A stretch of DNA of 64,000 nucleotides from Rhynchobatus australiae (Eukaryota): NCBI GenBank assembly GCA_034780895.1, contig JAUZTB010000064.1, forward strand, positions 119,291,215-119,355,214. The letters are read 5' to 3'. The notes below the pieces were generated by a model that was given only the letters and a program-made list of their open reading frames with translations, searched no databases and had not been told where the DNA came from. Shown here piece by piece: positions 49,103 through 62,384 of the stretch (the stretch's first letter is position 1; each line of letters starts with the position of its first letter). The position numbers and the translations under genes were made by a program.

Positions 49103-52100
49103 CAAACATTCAATTGCAGTGTTCAGAAGGGAACTGGTTAAGTATCCACGAAGAAGGAATTCACAGGCTGTAGGAAGAGGGTGGGTGAGTGATATCAGCT
49201 AGGCTGCTTTTACAATGAGCTGATACAGATTCGATGGATGAAATGGTCTCCTGTGCTATAACCACTCTGAGATACGTCCACGTTCCACTGACTGGAACAG
49301 GATTGTCTTTCAGATCCTACAATTCTGTGTTCCCAAATGGTGAAGACAACAGATGTAGGGACCCTACGCATTGCTGAGGAAATTACCTGTTTTGGAAAAT
49401 TAAGAGATAATGTACCAAATAAAATTGCAGAATTTGTGCATTAGATTAGCTGGATCTATTTCTTTACCGTGAACATTTTAACAAGATGAACTTTGTTTTT
49501 CTGAAGGTGCCTTGTGGCTAGGACATTAAATATTTTCTAAACAGGGGAATGGTTACATGAAGATTGATTTTTATTTTCCATGTATCCTCTATACAGATAT
49601 GGCCATTGAAAGTTCTCACATCAACCTTCATTCCCAAAATGAGACTAGTTTTATTTAAGCTTTTTTGCTGTTTTCCATTTTCTGTTTTGCAACTGTCTAT
49701 TTGTCTTTTACCCAAAGAAGACAAGATCTTCATCCTTTCACCCTGAGTTAAATTTAAGAGGTGAAAGGTAAGTTTGTTGATGGACTGTATCCTCAATTCA
49801 CCTGTAAGCTTTGATTTGTATTATAACATTAAGTTGGTAATTTTTGTTTTGCAGTAATGCAGAAAGTTGCTCATTTAAAACTTCATGTTGTTGGTCACTT
49901 TTTCCAGTCCTGTTTTATAATTCTACCATGCTGCTCGATAAGTTGTTAGCAATGCTTAACTCAGCTGCACTGAATAGTTTCCACTCTGTGCAGTTTGTAA
50001 TGAGATTTGTGCTGAGCACCCAGCCTGATGCTGACCCATTGTCAGAAGAGGCACGGTTCAAATGAACTGCTACAGTTATCTCAAAAATGTAATTGCTTTA
50101 AATCCTATAACAATCTGTTCAAAGCTGTAGCTTGTGATCAGGTCGTGGAAGGTTTATGACACTGGAGACCATTTGGCCCATTGTGTCAGTGCTGGTAGAC
50201 ATGTAGGGAGAGGGATCATGTGCTGGAAGATGGAATTAGTCTAGAGAACTTGATCTATAGCCTTGCAGGTCATGGTTCTTCAAAGACACATCCAGGGACT
50301 TTTCAAATGTGAGCCATTTTACCTCACCCAGCCTTTCACGCAGTGAGTTCCAGCCCCTGCCATCCTCTGAATGAAAAGATCTTTTTCTCATTTCGCTATC
50401 TAACCCTTCAACCAATTCCTTTAGTTCTACGCCCCTCTCTGTCTTTGATTCCTCAGCTAAAGGGAATAAGTATTCTGCATTTACTTGTTGAAAATCTATT
50501 TGGTTGTTCCCTGTGCATTTTGCTGTAAATCTTGTTCATGTATTGATATGATGTTTATTTAAAAAAAACACAATGTTATAGTTCCCATTCATTTAAGGAA
50601 AACCTTTGGGTGATTTTGCAATAAGAATGTCTCAAAGCAACTAAAATTCAGGACAATTGATTGGAGCAATAGGGCAGATGGCTTACAGTGGAATTCATTT
50701 TTGAAAGGTGGAGGGACACTCTGGTTTTGCTCTCTAAAGTAATGGCTTTAAATCTGAAAATTGCATAATGCTGAAGCAAAACATTTTGTCAGTGAGTGTA
50801 TTTTATTTAGAAGTTGTTGTTGGTCTGGCCCACATTGGCTGTGAGCCTAAACTTCTGCAAATGTTGCTTTAAAATGAGTAGAGTGAGAGTTATCAAGCTA
50901 CCAATCCTTGTGTTTACACTCTCCCTGTGAACACCTGGTGTTTGCTTGATGCATTTCCATAAGGGTGTAGATAATATTTAAAGGAACGTGGGGAAATAAT
51001 TGTTTAAAAAAACATTTGTTGGTCTTTTTGTCCCCCCCCCCCCCCTGTGTTGTAATTGTTCGATGCTGGGACTTTGAATGACTGACTGCATTGAAGTTAA
51101 TACCACTGTTGTACAGTATTGTTTCTCTTCAATAAGATAGAGGGCTGGAGAAATCGCTATCCTGGGGTGATAATGATACAATGGAACAAAACATGCAGCC
51201 AAACAGACATGAGATGCTGCAAAGTATTAAATGTCTCCAACACAACTTGATTGTATGGAGCTGTGAAAAGAATGCACGGTGCAAATTGGTGTAGAAGAGA
51301 GCAGTCTGATAATTACGAGGAGGAGAGGCTGTGAGTGGGAGGACAGCTGTACTGCAGAATTAAGAGAAGTCTGATTGAAAGTGTTCCTGTTAATGGCTTT
51401 GAGATGTTGAAGTCTAATGACAAGGACCTTATCTGAATCAAATTTAAACACCACACGGTTCTGTTCAATTTCTCATTATAGATCTGAGGATTTACAAACC
51501 TTCACTATAATACGAGATCTCACAGCAGCTTAAAACATTTAATGTAGGTTATTTGAAGGTAAATCAAATACTTCTCTGTATAAAATAAGTGACTATTATT
51601 TCTTCTCCTTCTCCACCCTCTGGATATTTTCCATTGAGTTTGGTTTGTGAGCTGCCGGGGGAATGTAACCGCGTCCTTGAGGTTTGGGGGAGAGAATGGG
51701 AGAGGTCGAAAGAGGGAATGACTGATGCTAGTTTCCATCTGAGTATTTTTCTGGTGTCTTTGGGGATGTGGAGCTGTAAAGGAGATCAGCTACGTGCTAT
51801 TTTGAAGGGAATGCAAAGTACGGACGTGAAGGGAAAGGAAAAATAAACCCAAATCAACAGAAGAAAGCAGTGTTAAATGAGGACTGCAGCTGGAGGTATG
51901 CAGGTGCTTTTGTGATAAGCCCGGCAGTGATAAGCGATGTGCACGTGTGTGATCGCTGATGGAACAGATTGGATCAGGCAATGTTGGCAAACAAGTGTTT
52001 GAAGGCTAATGACTGACTTTGGTAGAGTTGCTGTTGTGTTTTGTGACTTATTCAGAGCACTGGCATCGGAATATGTTCTTGTTCTCAAAGATTGGAGTGT

Positions 52101-52689
52101 GATGTGGAATTTCTTCTCAGTTATGTGAACTCTGTACAGTTCTCCCACACTCTCATCCACCTCTCTCCCCTCTTTGGGTGTGATGCTGTCATTTGTTTAA
52201 ATGGTTGTATGTAATTGTAGATGGGTGATGGGAGAATCAGTCTGGAGATTTTGGGCCTGCAAAAGAGAACCTGTTACAGGGAAATGTGACTGATCGGGTG
52301 GTCTGAGAACTGGCATAACCTTGATGGGCAGTAGCCTCCAATGTTGTATGTGAATATTAGGTTACAATGTCTGTCACTGTGCTTTTCAGCAGCAAGGGGA
52401 AATGGAACTGGGACAGATCCTGGTGTCAGTCAGTCTCCACATGCACTTTATTTTAGCAGTGATCTGTAGACAGCAGTCAGGAATAGGCACTTCACTTTCT
52501 AGTAGTACTAAATTGTCAGCTGAGCTTTGGAGCTAGTTTAGTGCACGGATTGACTGTGAGGTTACCTTGGTTGCATAGTTTGTGATTTACTCCTTAAGGC
52601 ACATAGATGCTTGAATGGGAACTTGGTCACAGTGCAGTTTATTTTTAATCCATTAATCCTTGCTTAGATTTTTTTCCCTACCTCGTCAG

Positions 52690-53060
52690 GATGCAAGAGT
52701 CTTCAACCCCCACTTTGACGAGCAGAAAATCAGGCATTCATGTTCAGTACAGAGGGAGTGCAGCCTTTCAGAAGTGCTGTCTCAGAGGAGGCATTTAACT
52801 GAGGCCTATCAGCTCAGAAAAATATCACTCCTTGATGAAGAGCAGGAGAGCTCTCCTCATTGTCCAGGGTACATTTTGTTGCTTTGCTAATATCTTCAGA
52901 AACGTGGGTTATCCGATCATTGTCATATTTCTGTTCGTAAGACCTGGCTGTGCAACAGTGTTGATGTTTCTTGCATTGCTCTGGTGACTACAGGTCAAAA
53001 ATAGTCAGTTTAAAGTGGTTTTAAAACTTTAGGTCATGAAAGATGCTGTGTTAACAATTT
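52690..53060 (+). mobile_element. Deu-domain SINE (SacSINE1/AmnSINE1-like), old
   Basis: cagtacagagggagtgcagcctttcagaagtgctgtc...tttaactgaggcc...gaagagcaggagagctctcc...ggtcatgaaagatgct matches the recalled DeuSINE layout. Confidence 0.6.
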
Positions 53061-53149
53061 TTTAAAGATCATTTTGTATTGTCAACTTCGACTCGGATTC
53101 AGAAAGGTCACGGATTCGGAGATCTGAGCATGCAATCCTGTTTGACTTG

Positions 53150-53395
53150 GCACTGCACTACTGTGGCAGTTGTGCATTGCATCATTGGAGGTGCTACTTT
53201 GAATGTACTCCCTAGGGTGGGTGTGAAAGATTCCACAACATTATTTCATAGCACCAGAGATCTGATCAATATTTATTTCTCAACCAGCATTGACCAATAA
53301 GTGATTAACCGGTCATTGCTGCTTCTGAGATTTTGCTGTGGGCAAGTTTGCCACTGCATTTACCACACTGCCCAGTGATGATTGAAAAGTGTGCA
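53150..53395 (+). mobile_element. Second Deu-domain SINE fragment
   Basis: gggtgtgaaagattccacaacattattt...caatatttatttctcaaccagcat...ttgctgtgggcaagtttg. Confidence 0.55.
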
Positions 53396-53759
53396 CACTG
53401 AGAAAAAAGCAGGTCAGAAATGAATATCTCAAAAATACAAAGTAAGCTCTTGTTGGGCCAAACTAAAAATATATAGATGGGTCATGCTGGAAAGGGAGAA
53501 ACATTTTTTGCTTTGGGCTTCAAAACAAGAATATTGAAGTGTATTGGTGGCTTAGAGACTTCATGAGTGGGAGATGTCAAAACCTCAGTTTAACAAACAA
53601 CAATGAAATTGTCAGCTTACAGCATGTCAGGCTGATCTCTTGTAATGAAAGCATTTTTCTTTTGACCTTATTTCTGGCTGGTTTCCCAAAAGCACGAGAG
53701 CATTTGAGCTCTGTGAAACTTAATGTGCACCAAACCCCACTTACCTTTCACTCACTCAC

Positions 53760-54150
53760 TTGATGTACCTTGGGTTTTGGGTAGGCAATGGCTTAATTTA
53801 AAAAAATTTTCTTTCTTGTTTACAAATCTTTCTGTGGTTTTGCCACTCATTGTCTCTATAATCTCCTCTAACAGTCAATCACTTCAATTATCTTTGACAG
53901 TTCAGTGATGGCCTTTTGGTTGTCCACTATTACCCACTGGCTCTTTAGTTGCCAGGGTCCCAAGCTCTGAAATTTTCTCCCTTAACTTTCTGCATCTTGC
54001 CTCTTTTTCATTCCTCAAGATGCTCCTATAACTTATGATACACTTTGGTTATCTACTTTAATATCTTTCTAAAAGTGCCAAACCATGTGTGATGGGCTTT
54101 GAGATGCTTTGCCATGTAAGAAGAACAATGTGTAAATACTTGATATTGTT
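53760..54150 (+). mobile_element. Old L2 3' fragment
   Basis: tttagttgccagggtcccaagctctgaaattttctcccttaac (FS..GP.LWN.LP-like) and L2-like tail. Confidence 0.5.
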
Positions 54151-54224
54151 CTGATGTTTTTTTTAGCTAAACTCCTCTTTTGAGTATTATGCTTGGATTT
54201 GAGAGGGTGTTGCTATTAAGCCAT

Positions 54225-55777
54225 TGCAGCTGCTGGGCATTGGGATGTCATGGTCCATTTTGGTACCAATGACAGATTAAAAAGAGTTTCTACAAGCTGA
54301 ACATATAGATCTAGGAAAAAATTGGAAAAACTAAGACATCCAAAGATAGTAATCTGAGGATTACTGCTGGTGCCAAGTGCTAGTCAGAGTAGAAATAATA
54401 GGATATATCAATGAATGTGGCTGTAGGATTGATGTAAGGGGAAGGGACTCCAATTCCTGGGACATTGGAACTGGAACTGGTTTTGAGGGAGGTGGGACCA
54501 GTTCAAATTGGATGAGCTGCACCTGGGAATGATATCCTGGATAAAGCTTTGCCAGTGCTGTTGGGAAGGGAAGGGTTTAAACTAAATTGGCAGGGGGTTG
54601 GGTATCTATGTAGGGAGACAAAAGGAAAGTGAAGCAAGGTGAGAAACAAGGGATGGAAGAGCCTTTGAGGATGAGAAAGAAACAAGGTTGTTTTGTTAAA
54701 AAGAGATGAACCTAAAGGTTTTGTGTCTTGATTTATGGACCATTCACCATAAAGTGGATGAATTAATGGGATTATTGAGATGTGGTTGCAGCAGGAACAA
54801 AAGAGAGCTGAAGCTAAAGGATATTAATATTTAAGAAGGCAATAAGGAAAGATGTGGGGTAATATTCATTAGATTAATGCAATAATGAGGAAGGGTATTA
54901 GCTCTGATGTGCATTGTGAATGGGTGGAACTGAGGAATACCAAGGGGCAGAAAGCATTAGTGGGAGTTGTGTACAGACCCCTGCCAACCCCTCCCCAACA
55001 GTAGTGGTGATGTTGGGCATGGCATTAAACTGGAGATGGAGATGCATACACTAAGGGTATAACTGTAATCATGGGTGGCTTTAACTTGCACGTTAGATTG
55101 GACCAGCCAAATTAGTAACAATACTGTGAAGAAGGAATTCCTGGAGTGTATATGGAATGGTTTTAAGACAGATTATAGAATGAAACGCATGAGAGAGCAG
55201 GCCATCTTATAGTGTGTAAGAGGATGAAACAGTAATCTTGCTGTGCAAGGCCCCTTGGGGAGGAAGGACTAAGCGTGCATTAAATTTTTTAAGATGAACA
55301 GTGAAATAGTTGATTCTGCCACAAGGGTCCTGAATCTAAATGAAGGAACTAGAATGGTATGAGGTGAAACTTGGTTAAGGAGGATTGGGGAACATTACTT
55401 ATGGGGTTGACAGTGGATTGGCAAAGGCAAACATTTAAGGAGCATGTGAATGAATGGCAACAAATGTGCGTTCCTATATGGGACAAAAATAAGATGAAGC
55501 ATGGCTCAACTAAATTGTTGAGCCACTTCCAGCAAGGGAAATCTTGGGTAGTATTAGATCCAAGGAGGAGACCTATAAATAGGTCAGAGTGTTACAGAGC
55601 TGCACAGCACTGAAATGAGCCTTTTGGCCCAACTTGTTCATGCTGACTATGATGCCTATCTACACTAATCCCATTTTCCCACATTAGGCCCATATCCTTC
55701 TACACCTTTCCTGTCCAAATATCTATCTATCCAAGTACCTTTTTAAACACTTGTTGTATCTGCCTCTGGCCACCTCC

Positions 55778-55829
<52 letters not shown>

Positions 55830-57765
55830 NNNNNNNNNNNNNNNNNNNNNNNNNNNNNNNNNNNNNNNNNNNNNNNNNNNNNNNNNNNNNNNNNNNNNNN
55901 NNNNNNNNNNNNNNNNNNNNNNNNNNNNNNNNNNNNNNNNNNNNNNNNNNNNNNNNNNNNNNNNNNNNNNNNNNNNNNNNNNNNNNNNNNNNNNNNNNNN
56001 NNNNNNNNNNNNNNNNNNNNNNNNNNNNNNNNNNNNNNNNNNNNNNNNNNNNNNNNNNNNNNNNNNNNNNNNNNNNNNNNNNNNNNTGAAGATAAATAAC
56101 AAATAGTGAAGATAAATTTAGGCACCTTAAAGTCAATAATGGAATTTATAATGGAGAATAAAGAAATGGTAGACCAAATACTTTGGGTCCATCTCCACAG
56201 ATAGTGATGGAGATAACCTCCCAGAAATGTTAAGTAACCCAGGGATTAGTGAGAAGGAGGAACTACAAGAAATCAGTGTTGGTGGAGAGATGGTTCAGGA
56301 AGAATTGATGGGATTGAAGTTCAATAAATCCCCAGGGCCAGGTATTCTGCACCCCAGAATACATAGTGGCCTGGGAACAGAGGATGTGGTTATTTTCTAA
56401 TGTTCTTTAGAGTCTTTATTAGTTCCCTCAGATTGAGTAGTGGCTAATGTAACTCAATTGTTTTGGGGGGAAAAAAGGAGGGAGAGGTAAAATGGGGAAT
56501 TGAGTCTGGTTAGTTTGACGTTGGTATTGGGGAAAATGCGAGGGTTAGTTAATTATAAATAGAAGAATGTATGCATTTGGAAAACTGACAGGATCCATCA
56601 AAGTCGGCATGGACTTACAAAAGGGAGATTGTGCTTGACAAATTTAATGGAATTTTTTGAGCATGTACCTCATTGAGTGGATGGGGAAAGCCAGTGGATG
56701 TGGTGTATTTGGAGTTTAAAAGGCTTTTGACAAGGTCCCACATAAGAGAATGTGTGTAGAGTTAAAGCACAGGATTGTGGATGATGTACTACTGTGGATA
56801 GAGAATTACTTGCCAGATGGGAGATGAGTATTAGGAATAAATGCGTCCTATTGCAAGTGGCAAACAGTGACTAAAGGGGGAACTGCAGGGCCTCATGCTT
56901 GGGGCCCCAGCTATTCACAATATGTTATTAATGATTTGGATGAGGGAGTTGAATATATATCCCACAAAACTGGGTGGGAATGAGAGCTCTGAGGAGGATG
57001 CAGAGAAGCTGCAGAGTAATCTGGATAGATGGAATGAGTGAGCAAATGTATGGCAGATGCAGTACAATGCAAATAAATGCAGTTATCCACTGGTGGGGAG
57101 AAACAGGAAATCAGATCATTACCAAAAAGGCAAGAGATTAGGAAAAGTGGAGATGCAGTGAATCCTGGTGCACCAACCAATGACAGTGATCAGTTAAGAA
57201 GGCAAATGATATGTTGCCCTTCACTGAGAGGAACTGAATAAGCAGGAGGGACATCTTGCTGTCATTATACAGGGCCTTGGTAAGACCACACCTTGAGTAC
57301 TGCATGTGCAGTGAAATTTCACCAGACTGATTCCTGAGACAGTAGGATGAATGTGAAGAAAGATTGGGACCATTAAGCTTATTCACTGAAGTTTAGAGAA
57401 TTGACAGAGTCCTTGCTGAACACTATAAAATCCTGATGAGACTGGACAGATTAGATGCAGGAGAGATGTTGGTAACAATAAGGAAGTTCAGAAACAGGGG
57501 CTATAGCCTAAGGTTACAGTGTAAGCCATTTAAGACTAAGGTCAGGAGAATTTTTTTCACCCAAAGAGCCATGACTTTGTGGAATTCTGTACCACAGAAC
57601 TGAGAATAAATCATTAAAGACAGAGTTAAGTGATGTACAAATGAGTAAGAGAGTTCAAGGGATCCAGGGAGAAATGAGGAATACGAAGCTATGATCACAT
57701 TGAATAGTGGAGTAAGCTTGAAGGGCTGTATGGCTTATTCCTGCTCTTACTTTCCATGTTTCCAT
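54225..57765 (+). mobile_element. Near full-length decayed CR1 LINE (ORF1 SGNH-esterase remnant + ORF2 APE/RT + 3' UTR), with an inverted CR1 tail, (TG)n and gap inside
   Basis: ORF1-like VMVHFGTND, KIVI*GLLLVPSASQSRN, QFLGHW, KLDELHL at 54245-54525; WVELRNTKG and VGVVYRP near 54920-54980; AFDKVPHKR near 56722-56750; LVRPH near 57278; CR1 tail to about 57765. Confidence 0.8.
55781..55829 (+). repeat. (TG)n microsatellite running into an assembly gap
   Basis: Read directly. Confidence 0.95.
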
Positions 57766-58614
57766 AAGTGTCTTCCTTTTTTTTTGTTCTCTTTAAACTG
57801 GTAAATTCTGATGCGGGAGAAGCTCCACATATAGGCTGATCCTGTCTCTCTCTGATCACAATCCAATAACATCTTTGTTTGTGGTTTGATACTAAATATG
57901 GTCAGAGTGCATTCTATGAAGTGTCTTGCATCATTTTGCTATGTTGGGGGATATAATGGACATATCCATGTTCCATTTGTTGTCTGTGACCCTTTCTTCA
58001 TCCAAAGGCCATAGAGGCTAATTGGGCTCAGACTGTGGCAGATAAGCAGTGAAGAATTGATGGCTGCTATCACTTGGGGAAAAATGGACTTGTTTTTCTA
58101 TAGAGGCTTTCATGACCTTGGGATGCTTCTGAGCACTTTACAAACCAACTACACTTGAACAAAGTATTTAATTGTCTGCAATATAGAAAGCACTTTATGT
58201 GGATTGTTGAGGTTCCAAGTGAAGGGAGCTGAGTATCCTTTTCTGGTTTAAATGTGGTTACATGTATGACATTTTATTTGCCATTATCACTGCCTTGTCT
58301 GCTGGTATTGTGTACAGAATGATACATAATACTGACTAGAGATATGGGCCATTGATTTCTTCAGTGAAATGGCAGTTTCTATGTTTAAGCAGTCATTTCA
58401 TGTTTCTGGCTAAATAACTGAATTGTATATGCTGTAAAATTTCTAATGGCAAATGTATGTATTTCACTCAGCAGTGTTACTGAATAATGCTTAATGCATA
58501 TGGTTATCAAAAGCTTCTCGTTATGCTATAGAAAATCATAGTTCAAGTTTTCTAATTTTGGGTCAGCTGGACAATATTGAAGTATTACTGGTTTAAAGTG
58601 GATAACTAACTTGA

Positions 58615-58772
58615 AAAACAAAAAATTGCAGAAGCTGGAAATTTTGAAGTAGTAGAAAATGGTGGAAATACTCAAGTCAGGCCATCATTGGAGAGGGAAA
58701 TGGTTTATTTCCACTGTCTCTCTCTCTCTACAGATGCTGTCTGATCTGAGTATTTATGGTGTATTCTTTTCA
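58615..58772. mobile_element. Old PLE-derived tails-outward hairpin
   Basis: Left aaatactcaagtcaggccatcattggagagg pairs imperfectly with right ctctctacagatgctgtctgatctgagtattt. Confidence 0.5.
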
Positions 58773-59399
58773 ACATGGGATGCATGAAAGCAGATGTGGA
58801 CTGATGTAAGGGTTTGTCTAAAATTCCTTTGAGTGGGATTGCATTTACTTTACAACTGTTACAAAGGTGACAAGCCAATTGATTTGTGGAGCTGTCTGTG
58901 CTTCTCCAAGTTGACTTCTCCAACATTACACTTCAAAATAGGAAAGGACTTCTATCACCATTAAGTTTCTTGGATAAGTTATTCTCCTTCGGGAGGATAC
59001 CTGCCCATCTCCAGTATGGGGTGCACTTCATGGTCACTTAATGCACTACCACTGCTATTGTCTAAAGATCTGTAGTCATTAAAGCAAATTCAGTTTTGGA
59101 ATTTGCCAGCTATAACAACCCAACATCAGCTACTGTCATTGGCTTCTATTCTCACTCTTGAGGTAGCTTGGTTTGTCCTGGCTTATCTGAAAGAGTTGGC
59201 TTGTCTTGTTGAAGGATAGACGAGTGATTATCTGTTGCTTTCCTTGTAACTCTTGGACCAAGCTTTTGGTCACCTGTCCTAATATCTCCTTGTGTAGCTT
59301 GGTGCTGTATTTTGCCTAGTAATGTTTCTGTGAAATGCCTTTCTGTAAAAGACTTTATGTTAAGGATGCTAGGTGTTGCTAATTTGGAGCAGCATTGAA

Positions 59400-59735
59400 G
59401 AAATCCTTTTCTGCATGGTTGCTTTCTTGGATGATGGGAGTGCATTTTTGAGAAAAGGTGGTGAGTGCCTGGAAGTGAAAACTGAAATCATTGGCAAACT
59501 AAAACTGTGATATGTAGGAATGTCTTCTCGCAGGAAGTGGTGAATGTCTGGAATTCGTGAGGATTGTAGAATCCAGATCATTAGTATTTAAAGAAGAGGC
59601 AGATGAGTGGAAGATCAGGGAATTGTGGGCTATGGGGAACTGGCAGAGAAGGGGAGTTGAGTCTTGGGGCAGATTAGCCATTCCCACCGTGAATGGTGGG
59701 ACTTGTTGGCCCACTTCTGCTCCTGTATTCATGTG
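59400..59735 (+). mobile_element. CR1 3' fragment
   Basis: aggaatgtcttctcgcaggaagtggtgaatgtctggaattc (RN.FSQ.VVNVWNS) and tail acttctgctcctgtattcatgt. Confidence 0.65.
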
Positions 59736-59960
59736 AACATCCTGTTTGTTTGGCCAAGGGAGGGGATGTCATTGATGTGACAGCTGTAGATGGCTGGGCT
59801 TCTGCCCTGAGGTGTTCCTGCAGTGAAATCCTGACTGAGCTCACTAGCTCGCACATTCTAAATTGCCATCTTTTTTCGGCTAGGTGCAATCTCTGAGTGG
59901 AGAGTTGGTTTATTATTGTCACGTGCACTGAAATACAATGAAACAAAAACCTTTCCCTCA

Positions 59961-61320
59961 ATGGTCAGATCTTGTGCTGATCAGGTGGCAGAAATATTTG
60001 CGGACATATTTAATCTCTCCCTGCTTCAATCTCAGATTCCCACCTGTTTTAAGAAGACCACTATCATCCCGGTACTGAAGAAAAGCAAGGTAACGTGTCT
60101 CAGTGACTACTGACCAGTGGCTCTGACTCACTGTCATGAAATGTTTTGAGAAGTTGGTCATGGCACGCATCAACTCCAGCCTCCCAGACAATCTTGACCC
60201 ACTGCAATTCGCCTATCACCGAAACAGGTCCACAGCGGATGCCATCTCCCTGGCCCTACACTCAGCTCCGGAGCATCTGGACAGTAAAGACACTACGTTA
60301 GACTATTGTTTATTGACTACAGCTTTGCCTTCAATACAATAATCCCAAGCAAGCTTGTCACCAAACTCTGAGATCTCAGACTCATCATCTCCCTCTGTAA
60401 CTGGATCCTTGACTTTCTGACCAACAGACCGCAATCAGTGAGGATAGGCAGCAATACCTCCAGCACAATTATTCTCAACACAGGTGCCCCACAAGGTTGT
60501 GTCCTCAGCCCTCTACTCTACTGTCTATACACTCATGACTGCATGGCCAGATTCTGGTCTAACTCCGTTGACAAGTTTGCAGATGATACCACTGTAGAAG
60601 GTACCTACTATGGTCATATCTCAAATATTTTTCTCCCATCTTTCCCACCCCTTCAGGCCAACACATCCACGCCAACCCATGTTGTCCCAGTGCAAGTTGC
60701 ACAAGGACTTTCATTGTGCAGTTATTTGTGTGGAGAATGAGAACTACAGCTTCTACTCCAGGGTGATAAGACTATTGAACAGTTCCCTTATACGATGAGA
60801 TGGACTATGACTTCACGATCCACCTTGTTGTGACCTTACACCTTATTGCACTGCACTTTCTCTGTAGCTATGACACCTTACTCTGTACAGGAAGTCCCCA
60901 GGTTACGAACGAGTTCCATTTTAGAGACTGTTCGTAACCCGATTTTGTGCGCAACTCGGAACACTAGGCCCGGGGATCATGGCCGTGCACGCGCACAAGG
61001 CCCGGGGATCGCGGCCACGCTGGGCCCCAGCCACACATATTATGCAGTAGGCCCGGGGAGCGAGACCGCACTGGGCCCCAGCCGCACATGCGCACTTGGC
61101 CCAGAGACCCACGAAGGCCCGTTCGTAAGTACGGATGTTCGGAAGTCAGGCATTCGTAAGACGGGGACTGCCTGTATTGTTATTATTTTTACCTGTAATA
61201 CATCGATGCACTCTATACCAACTCAAAGTAATTGCACTGTGTAATGAATTGACCTGCACGATCGGTGTGCAAGACAAGTTTTTCACTGTACCTCAGTACG
61301 TGACAATAATAAACCAATAC
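59961..61320 (+). mobile_element. Rex1/Babar-clade LINE, 5'-truncated RT pseudogene with internal replacement and nested MITE
   Basis: RSCADQVAEIFADIFNLSL..IPTCFKKTTIIPV; [24 protein letters not shown]; [29 protein letters not shown]; ORF end SFYSRVIRLLN; 3' UTR ending gtgacaataataaaccaatac. Confidence 0.85.
60888..61174. mobile_element. Tigger/pogo-like (Tc1-mariner superfamily) non-autonomous MITE, 287 bp
   Basis: TA at 60886-60887 and 61175-61176; TIRs CAGGAAGTCCCCAGGTTACGAA and (reverse complement) CAGGCAGTCCCCGTCTTACGAA, 18/22 identical; removing it restores the Rex 3' UTR actctgTAttgttatt. Confidence 0.85.
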
Positions 61321-62384
61321 GAGTTATTCTGAGGGCCCTGTATATGAACTGAATATAACCTGTATTATGGAATTCATACCTGCAGCTCGTAAAGTGGAGG
61401 TGATTGCTGCAATGTGACCACTGCTATAAGCCACTGTGCAGCTTAGGAAGCTCTCGGCCATCCCGCACCAGTGGGCGCTCTACTTCTCAGATGCTGATCC
61501 AGAAATACCCGTGGAGCACTTGACATGAGGTCTTGCTTTCCCGAGGACCCTGCGAGCTAATCATGTTTGAGATGAAGTGGCAATGGAAGGATCTTGCCAA
61601 GGAGATGAATGCCAGGACTGAGGGTCCAAGGATCTGGTTCCAGTGACAGGAACAATTTTGACTGCAAGATCCAGGTAAAGAGCTACAAATCCTATCTACT
61701 GCAAGGCAAAACCAGCACACGTACACCTACACCACGTTACACACTTCAAACATTAATTTCTCTCAATCAGCACTTCTGCCAAANNNNNNNNNNNNNNNNN
61801 NNNNNNNNNNNNNNNNNNNNNNNNNNNNNNNNNNNNNNNNNNNNNNNNNNNNNNNNNNNNNNNNNNNNNNNNNNNNNNNNNNNGACTGTGTGATGGGTGG
61901 CAGATTAGGTCAGTTATGCCAGTTCCAAAATGCTTTCCCCCACGTGCTGCCTTGGTGAAGCTTACAACAAATAGGGTCCTCTTCTCTCTTGAGCTATTGA
62001 AGGACAGCCACGGAAAATTAACAGTTTCAAGGCTTGTGTTTTATATAATAAAGCATTTAAATGGACCATGAAATTATAGGTAGTTTAGCAGCAGTAATTA
62101 GACCAGTTGACAGCTTAGTAATATCGAGGCTATGCTTTGTTAGAAAAGATCACCTGAGGATTAAAAGTACATAGGATTGAGTTGCTTAAGGTCTCTAATG
62201 TGCAAAAAATCTGTGTTTGACCGATGTGGGTGTAAAGAACTAGTCTGAAAGAATTCCATTTCTTCGCAAACTGATAACCTCAGCATCGCAGGAATTAAAA
62301 TCTCTTCTTGACTTGACAACACAGGAGCACGGTCCCTGAGTGAGTAGCCTGATTTGCTAATTTTATTCTGTACTTCTCTTGCAG

